40,242 bases of DNA, taken from assembly GCA_033721415.1 (NCBI GenBank), contig JAWWAH010000001.1:1-40242 (forward strand), written 5' to 3'. The position numbers and the translations under genes are program-made. Position 1 is the stretch's first letter, and every line of letters starts with the position of its first letter. Below the pieces are notes generated by a model. That model searched no databases. It had not been told where the DNA came from and was given only the letters and a program-made list of their open reading frames with translations. The DNA is from Candidatus Spechtbacterales bacterium (GTDB lineage Bacteria > Patescibacteriota > Minisyncoccia > Spechtbacterales > 2-12-FULL-38-22). Positions 8,313 through 16,893 of the stretch are shown piece by piece.

Positions 8313-9408
8313 ATGAAAGAAAGAGATATAGAATCACAATTAAAAGATTTACACACGAAGGTCCTCGAGGTAGAGGACCATCTTTGAAATAGCTAAGCTG
8401 AAAAATGAAATTGCAGAACTCAGATCAAGAACAAGCAGTCCTGGTTTTTGGGATGCCCCCCAGAAGGCCGCAGAAACAAACAAGAAGCTTACTGACCTCG
8501 AAGAGGAAGTTGCTCTATGGGAGGGAATAAGAAAAGAAATAGAAGAGTTAAAAGACCTTTCTCAGCTTTCGGGCCACGACCCCGAATTAAGAGAAGAAAT
8601 AGAGGAGCGCATCTTAAAACTTGAGAAAAAGTATTCAGATGAAGAATTCAGACTGTTCTTATCTGGAGAATATGATTCAAACGATGCATATTTATCTGTA
8701 TATGCAGGAGCAGGCGGACTTGATGCTCAGGATTGGGCAGAGATGCTTTTACGGATGTATAGGCGCTATATAGACAAAAGGGGATACGATGTAACTTTAC
8801 ACAACCTTACACCGGGATCAGAGGGTGGAATCAAAGAGGCTACACTAGAAGTACGAGGCAGATATGCTTACGGATTTTTAAAAGGTGAGGGCGGAGTCCA
8901 TCGCCTTGTGCGCATATCACCATTTTCTGCGCAAAAGCTTCGGCACACTTCTTTTGCTGCGGTAGATATTGTCCCGAAATTACAGAAAATGGAAGAAATG
9001 GAAATACCAGAAGAAGACATAAGAGTAGATACATTTCGTTCGTCTGGGCCAGGAGGCCAAAATGTAAACAAGCGTGAAACCGCAGTGCGTGTAACCCATG
9101 TTCCTACAGGAGTTTCAGCGTCTAGTCAGAGCGAGCGTTCACAAGCAACAAACAAAGAAAGAGCACTTCAGATGTTGCACTCAAAATTATATATGGTAAA
9201 ACTAAAGAAGCGGAAAGAAAAATTAGAGGAGCTTAAAGGGGACGCTTCGGCCATAGAATGGGGAAGTCAGATAAGGTCTTATGTTATGCATCCGTATCAG
9301 ATGGTCAAGGACCACCGCACAGATGTTGAAACCAGTGACGTAGAAGCAGTGCTGGACGGAGATTTAAATGATTTTATAGACGAAGAAGTTAAACAAAAAA
9401 TTACCTAA
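8313..9408 (+). CDS. prfB: Peptide chain release factor 2, with programmed +1 ribosomal frameshift at 8382-8388
   Basis: Frame 0 reads ATG 8313 MKERDIESQLKDLHTKVLEVEDHL, then an in-frame TGA at 8385-8387. The +1 frame from 8386 (EIAKLKNEIAELRSRTSSPGFWDAPQKAAE...AGAGGLDAQDWAEMLLRMY) is open and in phase with the listed ORF 8743..9408. That ORF carries SPF (RF2 stop-codon recognition) and GGQ motifs. Confidence 0.9.
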
Positions 9409-9425
9409 TAAAATAAAATTATTAC

Positions 9426-10109
9426 ATGTTAATTTTTCAAGAGGTTTCAAAAGAATACCCTAATGATGTAACGGCGTTGAAAGACGTTTCATTTAGAATA
9501 AAAGAAGGTGAATTCGTTTCCTTAGTAGGAAGAAGTGGTGCTGGTAAATCTACTATTTTAAAAATGATACTTAGAGAAGCGCATCCTACAAGCGGAAGTG
9601 TGTTTTTTCAGGGAGTTGATATAAGCACATTCAGACACAGCGAACTTCCTTTATACAGGAGAAAGGTTGCATCTGTTTTTCAGGACTTTAAACTCCTTTC
9701 TTCTAAAACCGTATTTGAAAATGTAGCCTTTGCAATGGAGGCAGCAGGACAACCAAATAAAGAAATTAAAGAAGATGTCCCACAAGCTCTAGAGGTCGTG
9801 GGCCTTACAGGTAAAGAAAAGAGATTCCCTCATGAGCTATCAGGGGGAGAAAAGCAACGCGTTGCAATGGCGCGAGCCCTTGTACAGAGACCAGAAGTGC
9901 TTGCTGCCGATGAGCCTACGGGAAATTTAGATCCAATTCATACTTGGGAGATAACAGATCTTCTACTAAAGATAAATAAACTTGGAACCGCTGTTATTCT
10001 TGCGACGCACGATGAGGCTGTTATAAATGCACTAAAGAAAAGAGTCATTACATTACATGATGGGAAAATAGTGTCTGATGAAGAAAAAGGGAAATACAAG
10101 ATAAAATAA
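9426..10109 (+). CDS. ftsE: Cell division ATP-binding protein FtsE
   Basis: 227 aa ABC ATPase. Walker A GRSGAGKST, signature LSGGEKQR, Walker B VLAADEPTGNLD. It directly precedes ftsX. Confidence 0.9.
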   Translation: MLIFQEVSKEYPNDVTALKDVSFRIKEGEFVSLVGRSGAGKSTILKMILREAHPTSGSVFFQGVDISTFRHSELPLYRRKVASVFQDFKLLSSKTVFENVAFAMEAAGQPNKEIKEDVPQALEVVGLTGKEKRFPHELSGGEKQRVAMARALVQRPEVLAADEPTGNLDPIHTWEITDLLLKINKLGTAVILATHDEAVINALKKRVITLHDGKIVSDEEKGKYKIK

Positions 10110-10115
10110 ATTATT

Positions 10116-11021
10116 ATGACGAATATAACACGTATTTTAAAAAACTCTTGGAAAAATTTTTCACGTAATTTATGGTTGTCTATTGCAACCATGTTTATGA
10201 TGTTCGTTGCTCTTGCTGTGGTTGGATCACTGATTCTTTTTGATGAGTCATTGAGCGCTTTTGTTTCAGGGCTTCAAGAAAAGGTAGATGTTAGCATATA
10301 TTTCACACAAGAAGCTGAAGAGGAGGATATTCTTACGGTAAAAGATACTCTTGAAGAAAGGGGAGACGTAAAATCCGTTGCTTACATTTCTAAAGATGAT
10401 GCATTAGAGATATTTACTGAGCGACATGAAAAAAATGAAATACTCCTTGAATCTCTTGATGAGCTTGAAAGCAACCCGCTTCAAGCTTCAATTAATATAA
10501 AAGTTCACCAGCCCGAGCAATTTGCAGGTCTTGTGGAGTTTTTAGAAAATTCAACTGCTGCCGAGTATATAGAAACTATAAATTTCCAAGAAAATGAGAG
10601 AGTTATAAATACAATAACTTCAATCTCTGCAAGTGTAAATCGCGCGGGATTGTTGTTTACAATAATCCTAACATCCTTGGTTATACTTGTTACATACAAT
10701 ACTATAAGGCTTGCAATTTACACCGCTAGAGAAGAAATATATATTATGAAATTGGTGGGTGCTAGTAACTGGTTTGCTCGTACTCCGTTTGTGATTACAG
10801 GAGGATTGTATGGTCTTATTTCTGCCTTATTAGTGTTAGCATTTTTCTTCGGAGGTGCTTATTTCATGGATTCTCAAGTTAGCCTAGTTTTTGCCGATAT
10901 AGATTTTTGGGGATACTTAGCACAAAACAATGTTTACTTCTCACTTATTATTATTGGAACAGGAGTCTTCATAGGAACTTCCTCGTCTTGGCTTGCGGCT
11001 AAAAGATACCTTAAAGTCTAG
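10116..11021 (+). CDS. ftsX: Cell division permease-like protein FtsX
   Basis: 301 aa. N-terminal TM, a periplasmic domain and three C-terminal TMs. Lies 6 nt after ftsE. Confidence 0.85.
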   Translation: MTNITRILKNSWKNFSRNLWLSIATMFMMFVALAVVGSLILFDESLSAFVSGLQEKVDVSIYFTQEAEEEDILTVKDTLEERGDVKSVAYISKDDALEIFTERHEKNEILLESLDELESNPLQASINIKVHQPEQFAGLVEFLENSTAAEYIETINFQENERVINTITSISASVNRAGLLFTIILTSLVILVTYNTIRLAIYTAREEIYIMKLVGASNWFARTPFVITGGLYGLISALLVLAFFFGGAYFMDSQVSLVFADIDFWGYLAQNNVYFSLIIIGTGVFIGTSSSWLAAKRYLKV

Positions 11022-11099
11022 CGCTACTAAAACAAAGTATTCATGGTTTCTTTTGGATTACTTTGTTACAATACGTATTATTAAGTAGTATAAAAAATT

Positions 11100-11447
11100 A
11101 TGAATTGGTTTAAATTTTTGTTTGCGGCTGCTCTATCGATAATATTTGTAGTTAGCACACTAACTGCTTTATTCGGTGCAGGCCGTGTAGTAAATGCTGT
11201 GCTTGAAACTTATGTATTAGAAGTTGAAAATTGTAGATACAAGGCTGCCCCTCGTCCTATTGAAACCGAGGAGCCTATTGAGCGAAATGAGGAGCCAGAA
11301 GAAACTTGCTCTATTGACTATAACCAAGCAAAGAGAAATATAGCAAATGGTACAGGAATGTTTCTAGTTGCGGCACCTCTTGCATGGTTTATGTACGGCC
11401 GAACAAGGAAAATGATAGGAGAGGTAAGTGATAGTGATAAAAGCTAA
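11100..11447 (+). CDS. Hypothetical membrane protein (2 TM, acidic loop)
   Basis: 115 aa. Hydrophobic N- and C-terminal segments flank an E/P-rich loop. Confidence 0.55.
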   Translation: MNWFKFLFAAALSIIFVVSTLTALFGAGRVVNAVLETYVLEVENCRYKAAPRPIETEEPIERNEEPEETCSIDYNQAKRNIANGTGMFLVAAPLAWFMYGRTRKMIGEVSDSDKS

Positions 11448-11456
11448 TAAATAAAA

Positions 11457-11500
11457 TCCAAAACAAAAAAACGGGCGATCGCCCGTTTTTTTGTTTTGGA
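11457..11500. terminator. Bidirectional terminator (44-nt perfect palindrome)
   Basis: tccaaaacaaaaaaacgggcgatcgcccgtttttttgttttgga, between convergent genes. Confidence 0.8.
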
Positions 11501-13501
11501 TTAAGATTTGACTAATTGATAGTCTAATCTTTTTTGGTCTAGGTCACCATCCATGACCCTGATTTTTACAGTATCTCCAATGGCATATTTATTATCTGTT
11601 CTTGTGCCAACTATGGCGTATTCATCATCATCTAAAATATAGAAGTCATCCTGCATATCCCGCGTAGTTACAAGACCCTCTGCTTTTGTACTTTTTTCTT
11701 GAACAAACATACCCCAGTTGAAAACATTAACGATAATCCCTTCAAATATTTCACCTTTTCTTTCAAGCATATATTCTATCTGTTTGTACTTAATAGAGTC
11801 TCGTTCTGCTTGCATTGCATTAACCTCCTTACTTGTTAACCCATTGAGTATTCCTTTATATTTTTGCCTCAAGTCTCTTCCAAGGGGGTTATCATTTAAG
11901 TATGCTTGCAATGTTCTGTGCACCATAAGATCTGCATACCTACGTATAGGAGATGTAAAATGTGTATAATTTTTCAAAGCAAGTCCGTAATGGCCCTTGT
12001 TCTCTAGAGAATATATAGCTTTTTCCATATTCTGCATGGCTATAGCTGCAACAAGATATTCTTCATTCTTTCCCTTAACGGCCTTAAATATATTATTTAG
12101 CTCTCTAGCTGTGATGGTTTTTTTAGGTTTTTTTAGGTCATAGCCCATTACATTTAAGAAATCTAATAATTCGTGCAACCCCTTCTTCTTTGGTGGTTGG
12201 TGTATTCTGTATATACCAAATCCGTTAGAACCCTCTTCTTGGGTATGGAAATAAGTCGCCACCTCTTTATTTGCAAGAATCATAAATTCTTCTATAAGCT
12301 TGTGTGCCGCTAAGATTTTTTTCTTTATTATATTTACAGGCTTACCTGTTTCGTCAAGCTCAAATTCTATTTCTTCCTGTTCGAAAGTTAGAGCACCTCT
12401 TTTTTCTCTTTGCTGTTGAAATTTTTCAGCAAGCGCATTTAAGTTCTTTAATTCAGCAGCATACTTTCCGGTTCTCTTGTCCAGTACTTTTTGCGCCTCT
12501 TCATAAGAAAAGCGTTGATCTGGGTTTATAATTGTTTTTCCAAACCACCTACTTTTTACTTCTCCATTTTTGCTAATATTAAGTATCACAGAAAAAGATA
12601 ATTTCTCTTCTCCAGGGTTTAAGCTACATATATCATTGGATAGATTTTCGGGAAACATGGGAGCTGTTCTATCTACCAGGTATACAGATGTACCCTTTTC
12701 TCTTGCATGTAAATCTAATCTACTTCCTTCTTTTACGTAGTGCGATACATCTGCTATGTGTATGCCTACTTCAAACGTATTCCCATCAATTTTTCTAATG
12801 GATAAAGCGTCATCTAAGTCTTTTGCATCGCTTGGGTCTATTGTAAGCGTTGGTATGTTTGTCATATCTTTGCGAGAATTTCTTTCTTCTCTGGGTATGT
12901 TGTGCGCTTGTTTTTGTATTTTCTCTGCTTCTTTTAACACACTTTCGGGAAAGTCTGGTCGGTATCCGCTTTCCAGTAATATAGATTGCATCTCTACATC
13001 ATTATCACCCTTTTCTCCGAGTGTTTTTACTATACTTCCTTCTGGATTTTTTTTCGCATCGCCCCAATCAACTATTTCTACAAGAGCCTTTTGTCCGTCT
13101 TTTGCACCTGATTTTTTTGCATCAGGAATAAATATGTCTACATGCATCCTAGAATCATCAGGAATCAGAAATGCAAAACTCTTTTTTGGATTTTTCATGT
13201 CTATGGTTCCAACAAATTCTTTTCTCGATCTTTCCTTAACGCGTATTACTTCACCTTGAGTTCTCGTATCCTTCTTGCTTTTTGGTAATAAGGCAATTTC
13301 TACAACATCTCCATGAAATGCTGTGTTTAGAAATTGGGGCTGTATTTGTATATCTTGCTCTATGCCTTCTACATCTACGTAGCCTACATTGTTTGAGGCA
13401 ATATAAATTACTCCCTCCCTCTTATTTGGAGAATTCTTTCTGTCTTTATTTTTTTGTCTTTTCCCACCCCTCTTTTTAGGGGATTGTTTTTTGTTTTTCA
13501 T
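11501..13501 (-). CDS. rnr: Ribonuclease R (RNB family 3'-5' exoribonuclease)
   Basis: 666 aa. Basic N-terminal tail, RNB motifs (DAKDLDDALS, HFTSPIRRYADLMVHR) and a C-terminal S1-like domain (GIIVNVFNWGMFVQ). Confidence 0.9.
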   Translation of the reverse strand: MKNKKQSPKKRGGKRQKNKDRKNSPNKREGVIYIASNNVGYVDVEGIEQDIQIQPQFLNTAFHGDVVEIALLPKSKKDTRTQGEVIRVKERSRKEFVGTIDMKNPKKSFAFLIPDDSRMHVDIFIPDAKKSGAKDGQKALVEIVDWGDAKKNPEGSIVKTLGEKGDNDVEMQSILLESGYRPDFPESVLKEAEKIQKQAHNIPREERNSRKDMTNIPTLTIDPSDAKDLDDALSIRKIDGNTFEVGIHIADVSHYVKEGSRLDLHAREKGTSVYLVDRTAPMFPENLSNDICSLNPGEEKLSFSVILNISKNGEVKSRWFGKTIINPDQRFSYEEAQKVLDKRTGKYAAELKNLNALAEKFQQQREKRGALTFEQEEIEFELDETGKPVNIIKKKILAAHKLIEEFMILANKEVATYFHTQEEGSNGFGIYRIHQPPKKKGLHELLDFLNVMGYDLKKPKKTITARELNNIFKAVKGKNEEYLVAAIAMQNMEKAIYSLENKGHYGLALKNYTHFTSPIRRYADLMVHRTLQAYLNDNPLGRDLRQKYKGILNGLTSKEVNAMQAERDSIKYKQIEYMLERKGEIFEGIIVNVFNWGMFVQEKSTKAEGLVTTRDMQDDFYILDDDEYAIVGTRTDNKYAIGDTVKIRVMDGDLDQKRLDYQLVKS

Positions 13502-13515
13502 GTGTTCAATATAAA

Positions 13516-13535
13516 ACCGCCACTAGATTGGCGGT
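13516..13535 (-). promoter_or_regulatory. Terminator-like hairpin in the rnr 5' leader
   Basis: Minus-strand RNA forms accgcca-aucuag-uggcggu, then UUUUAU and about 10 nt, then the rnr AUG. There is no upstream minus-strand gene for it to terminate. Confidence 0.35.
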
Positions 13536-13664
13536 CTCTTAAGTTCCATATCTAATATTTAGATTATACACTAGTCTAAGTGAAATATCAATATTAGTCA
13601 CGAGGCTTGTCGAAATGCTTTTTTTGTGGTATTTTTTAATCAGTACAATAGAAAGGAGGTTAAA

Positions 13665-14204
13665 GTGGAAGTCGATATTAGTGGGCTCGATAAAGCAGCA
13701 GTATTAGCTGTATTATATAATGCAGCAAGACCCAATGGCAAAGGCTTATACAGGTATGCCCCTCGCCCTATTACAATCGAAGAAGCAAGAGAAATAATAG
13801 AAGAGCAGGGTGACGACTTAAGACTGGATTTCGGACCTCTTGGCGAAGAATATTACGAAGAGTATTCCTTCGATTATGTTAGGGGTCGTGTGCTTAGAGT
13901 AGACATCACCTTTGACGACTTTGCTCCATATGGATACAACCGTCATAACGGCGAACAGATGGCACAGCGTGCCATAAATTATCTTAGAAAAACAGGTGAG
14001 GTTGTTTGTCAAGATATTATAGATTACCAGAGTAAACTGGTTTTAAAAGACATGATGAGGGCTATGGATGATGCAGAATATCTGGGCGCAGGTAGAGTTT
14101 TTAGGTTTTATATTTTTGGTAGAGAAATCGATGTCTCTTTAGTATATAATAAAGAGAATCTTAAAAAGCACATTCAAAGAATTCTCGCAGAACTTCCGGA
14201 ATAA
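13665..14204 (+). CDS. Hypothetical protein (orphan)
   Basis: AAAGGAGG lies 5 nt before the GTG at 13665; the track start at 13626 has no RBS. It has its own terminator. No motif I can name with confidence. Confidence 0.6.
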   Translation: MEVDISGLDKAAVLAVLYNAARPNGKGLYRYAPRPITIEEAREIIEEQGDDLRLDFGPLGEEYYEEYSFDYVRGRVLRVDITFDDFAPYGYNRHNGEQMAQRAINYLRKTGEVVCQDIIDYQSKLVLKDMMRAMDDAEYLGAGRVFRFYIFGREIDVSLVYNKENLKKHIQRILAELPE

Positions 14205-14209
14205 TCTTT

Positions 14210-14232
14210 AAAACCCGCTTAGGCGGGTTTTT
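14210..14232. terminator. Bidirectional terminator
   Basis: aaaacccgc-ttag-gcgggttttt, between convergent genes. Confidence 0.7.
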
Positions 14233-14252
14233 ATTTTTTGGTTATTTGTTTT

Positions 14253-14816
14253 CTAAGATTCGCAGACAAGAGGATCATATGCTTTTTTCGCTACAACATA
14301 AAAAGAAAGCAACAATACAATTATTGACATTATATTAAATTCTTGGCCATGGAAGGGGAGTGCTCCTATAAGAGATGCTGTAGCACCAAGGCCGATTATT
14401 GAAGCAAGAACAATAGATCCGCACGATGCGCAACCTATCCCCACTAATCCTATAATCATACCAATTAAACTAACTCCATTAGCTTTTTGTATGCGCAATC
14501 TGCGTTTAAAGTAGTATATAGTTAATGCTAAATTAAGCCCGACCAGTAAAGATATAAATATCAAAAATATTGCCCCAGGAGTTGTAAAATTGGTCCTAAT
14601 ACCACCAAGAGTGCTCCACAGTATTGTTATTTTATGCTGGAGATCAGTAGTGCTTGAAGTTACAACATCGCTTATAAGAGATATATTTGGGAGCCAAACA
14701 GATATCATCAATACAATAATGGCTATACCCAATGCGAGCAGGGCATAGTTTCTTTGTTTGAAGATTGTTTTTGTCGTTTTATAAGCTTCCCTTATACTTT
14801 TTCTAGAGATTTTCAT
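14253..14816 (-). CDS. Hypothetical polytopic membrane protein with an intramembrane CxxC
   Basis: 187 aa, about 5 TM helices. GIGCASCGS sits within a hydrophobic segment. Confidence 0.6.
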   Translation of the reverse strand: MKISRKSIREAYKTTKTIFKQRNYALLALGIAIIVLMISVWLPNISLISDVVTSSTTDLQHKITILWSTLGGIRTNFTTPGAIFLIFISLLVGLNLALTIYYFKRRLRIQKANGVSLIGMIIGLVGIGCASCGSIVLASIIGLGATASLIGALPFHGQEFNIMSIIVLLLSFYVVAKKAYDPLVCES

Positions 14817-14999
14817 TTTTTATGATTACCTTGTTGAGTTTATTATAAAACATATAACACTGCTATTCAAGCAAGTATTTGAATAGTTTTAGTAACTATA
14901 ATTTTTTTAAAATTGCAGAAATTTCCTAGCATTTTTGCGTTTAAGACTGTTATAATAAGAGTATTAAATTTTAGAGCATAATATGTAAAATTCTTATCA

Positions 15000-16775
15000 A
15001 TGAAGAGATTTCTAACAAAAAGAGTCCTTTTTGCCTTAATACTTGTACCGCTTTTTGTATTTTTTGTATATCAACTACCAAGTCATGACGGGAACGGAAA
15101 TATGGTTGATTGGCCTAGTGTCCTTCAATGGTTATTTGTAGGATTGGTTGTATTTTTATATGGAATGGGGGAGATGGAGTATTCAATGAAGTCTGTTGCT
15201 GGGAATAAAATGAGGAATGCCCTCAAGACTTTAACAAGCCATCCAATAAAAGGTGCAATGGCAGGACTTGTCACTACTGCTGTCATCCAATCCTCGTCTG
15301 TTACCACGGTAATGCTTATCAGTTTTGTGTCTGCAGGCCTTCTAACATTCACTAGAGCCATTCCGCCAATTATTGGTGCCAATATAGGGACAACTATTAC
15401 TGCTCAAATTGTATCTTTTGATATAGGCATCTTAATACCTATACTTCTTTTATCTGGTTTTGGCATAATGAAAATTTTGAAAAGTCGTCAAAAGCAGAGA
15501 GCGGGCAGAATATTTTTAGGTCTTGGTTTTTTGCTCTGGGGTATGGATATTATGAAAGATGCCATGGAACCACTCCGAGATTTTCAACCATTTATAGAGG
15601 CAATGGTGCACATGGACAATGTTATATTAGCAATAGCTGTGGCAGCATTATTCACTGCATTAGTGCAATCAAGCTCTGCTACGATAGGTATAATCATTGT
15701 TTTTGCATCACAGGGTCTTATATCTCTTGAGGCCGGCATAGCACTTATTCTTGGTGCCAATATAGGAACAACTATTACAGCCATTTTGGCTGCCATTGGT
15801 AAAACTAGAGGAGCTGTTCGTGTTGCGGCTGCCCACGTCTTAATTAAATTTTTTGGTGTTCTGCTTTTTGTTGGCTTTATACCTCAATTTGCAGAAATGA
15901 CTGTAGTGGTTACAGATTTTACCAATAATCTATTTAACCTAAATAATATAAGCAGTGGGCTGGCTAGAGAAATTGCAAATGCACATACCTTATTTAGCTT
16001 TGTTATAGCTTTATTACTTTTGCCTTTTGCTGCAAAGATCGCAAACATTATTGAAAAAATTATACCCGAAAAGCGACAAGAGCAGCCAATTACATCAACC
16101 AGGTATCTTATATCAGAAGATAATATTGAAGATGCTCCACTTGCTGCTATAGATGGAGCTCGCTTAGAGATAAACAGAATGGGAGAGAAGATAGATAAAA
16201 TGTTTGAAGAAGTTCTTCCCGCAATTTTTGCTGGGGATAGAAATACTCTAAAAAATATTGCAGAAGAAGATGATGCCGTAGATAAACTTTATAAAAAAAT
16301 AGTAAAATATCTTTCTAAAATTAGAGCTCACGAGCTTACAGATGAGCTTTCTGAAGAGCTAGATGATGTTACTGCTATTGCAAGATATCTAGAACAAATC
16401 GGAGATATTATAGAAAATAGTATTGTTCCAGCAGGAATAAAGTTAGCTGAAAAGAATATATTTGTAAGTGATAAAACACAAGAGTTATTAGTCGATTTAC
16501 ATTCTCAAGTACATGAATCTTTACATATGCTTTTAGAGGCGAATAAACTTTTAGCTACTTATCAAGACAGAAAGGCATCTATTAGAAAATCTAAAGAAAT
16601 TGCAATCCAAATTAAAAACAAGAGAAACAATATAGAAAATGCCTCTGACGCAGTTTTTTCAAGAACAGGTTCTCGTTTAACTAAAGCATATGCTGCAGAG
16701 GCGGATATAACAGAAGTACTTGTTCGGGCTTATTATTTAGCACGCAATGCTGCGAAAGTTATAGTAGATAAATAG
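15000..16775 (+). CDS. Na+/phosphate cotransporter family protein with C-terminal PhoU-like domain
   Basis: 591 aa. Duplicated QSSSVTT / QSSSATIG motifs of the Na/Pi-cotransporter II-related family. Helical soluble C-terminus. Confidence 0.85.
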   Translation: MKRFLTKRVLFALILVPLFVFFVYQLPSHDGNGNMVDWPSVLQWLFVGLVVFLYGMGEMEYSMKSVAGNKMRNALKTLTSHPIKGAMAGLVTTAVIQSSSVTTVMLISFVSAGLLTFTRAIPPIIGANIGTTITAQIVSFDIGILIPILLLSGFGIMKILKSRQKQRAGRIFLGLGFLLWGMDIMKDAMEPLRDFQPFIEAMVHMDNVILAIAVAALFTALVQSSSATIGIIIVFASQGLISLEAGIALILGANIGTTITAILAAIGKTRGAVRVAAAHVLIKFFGVLLFVGFIPQFAEMTVVVTDFTNNLFNLNNISSGLAREIANAHTLFSFVIALLLLPFAAKIANIIEKIIPEKRQEQPITSTRYLISEDNIEDAPLAAIDGARLEINRMGEKIDKMFEEVLPAIFAGDRNTLKNIAEEDDAVDKLYKKIVKYLSKIRAHELTDELSEELDDVTAIARYLEQIGDIIENSIVPAGIKLAEKNIFVSDKTQELLVDLHSQVHESLHMLLEANKLLATYQDRKASIRKSKEIAIQIKNKRNNIENASDAVFSRTGSRLTKAYAAEADITEVLVRAYYLARNAAKVIVDK

Positions 16776-16800
16776 TGCTTAAGTGAATAATTCTAAAAAA

Positions 16801-16831
16801 TTAACACTCAGTAAAAGTGTTGATTTTTTTT
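16801..16831 (+). terminator. Intrinsic terminator
   Basis: ttaacact-cagtaaa-agtgttga (one G-U) followed by T8. Confidence 0.55.
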
Positions 16832-16893
16832 GTGTTTAGTGTTATTATATTGCGCAGTAAGTTCCTTGTAAACAACACAGAGAAAGGAAACAC

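Noticed and set aside
8743-9408. ORF-track entry as a stand-alone 221-aa gene
   Set aside because: It is the C-terminal two thirds of prfB. The same frame is open back to 8386 and joins the 8313 start through the +1 frameshift.
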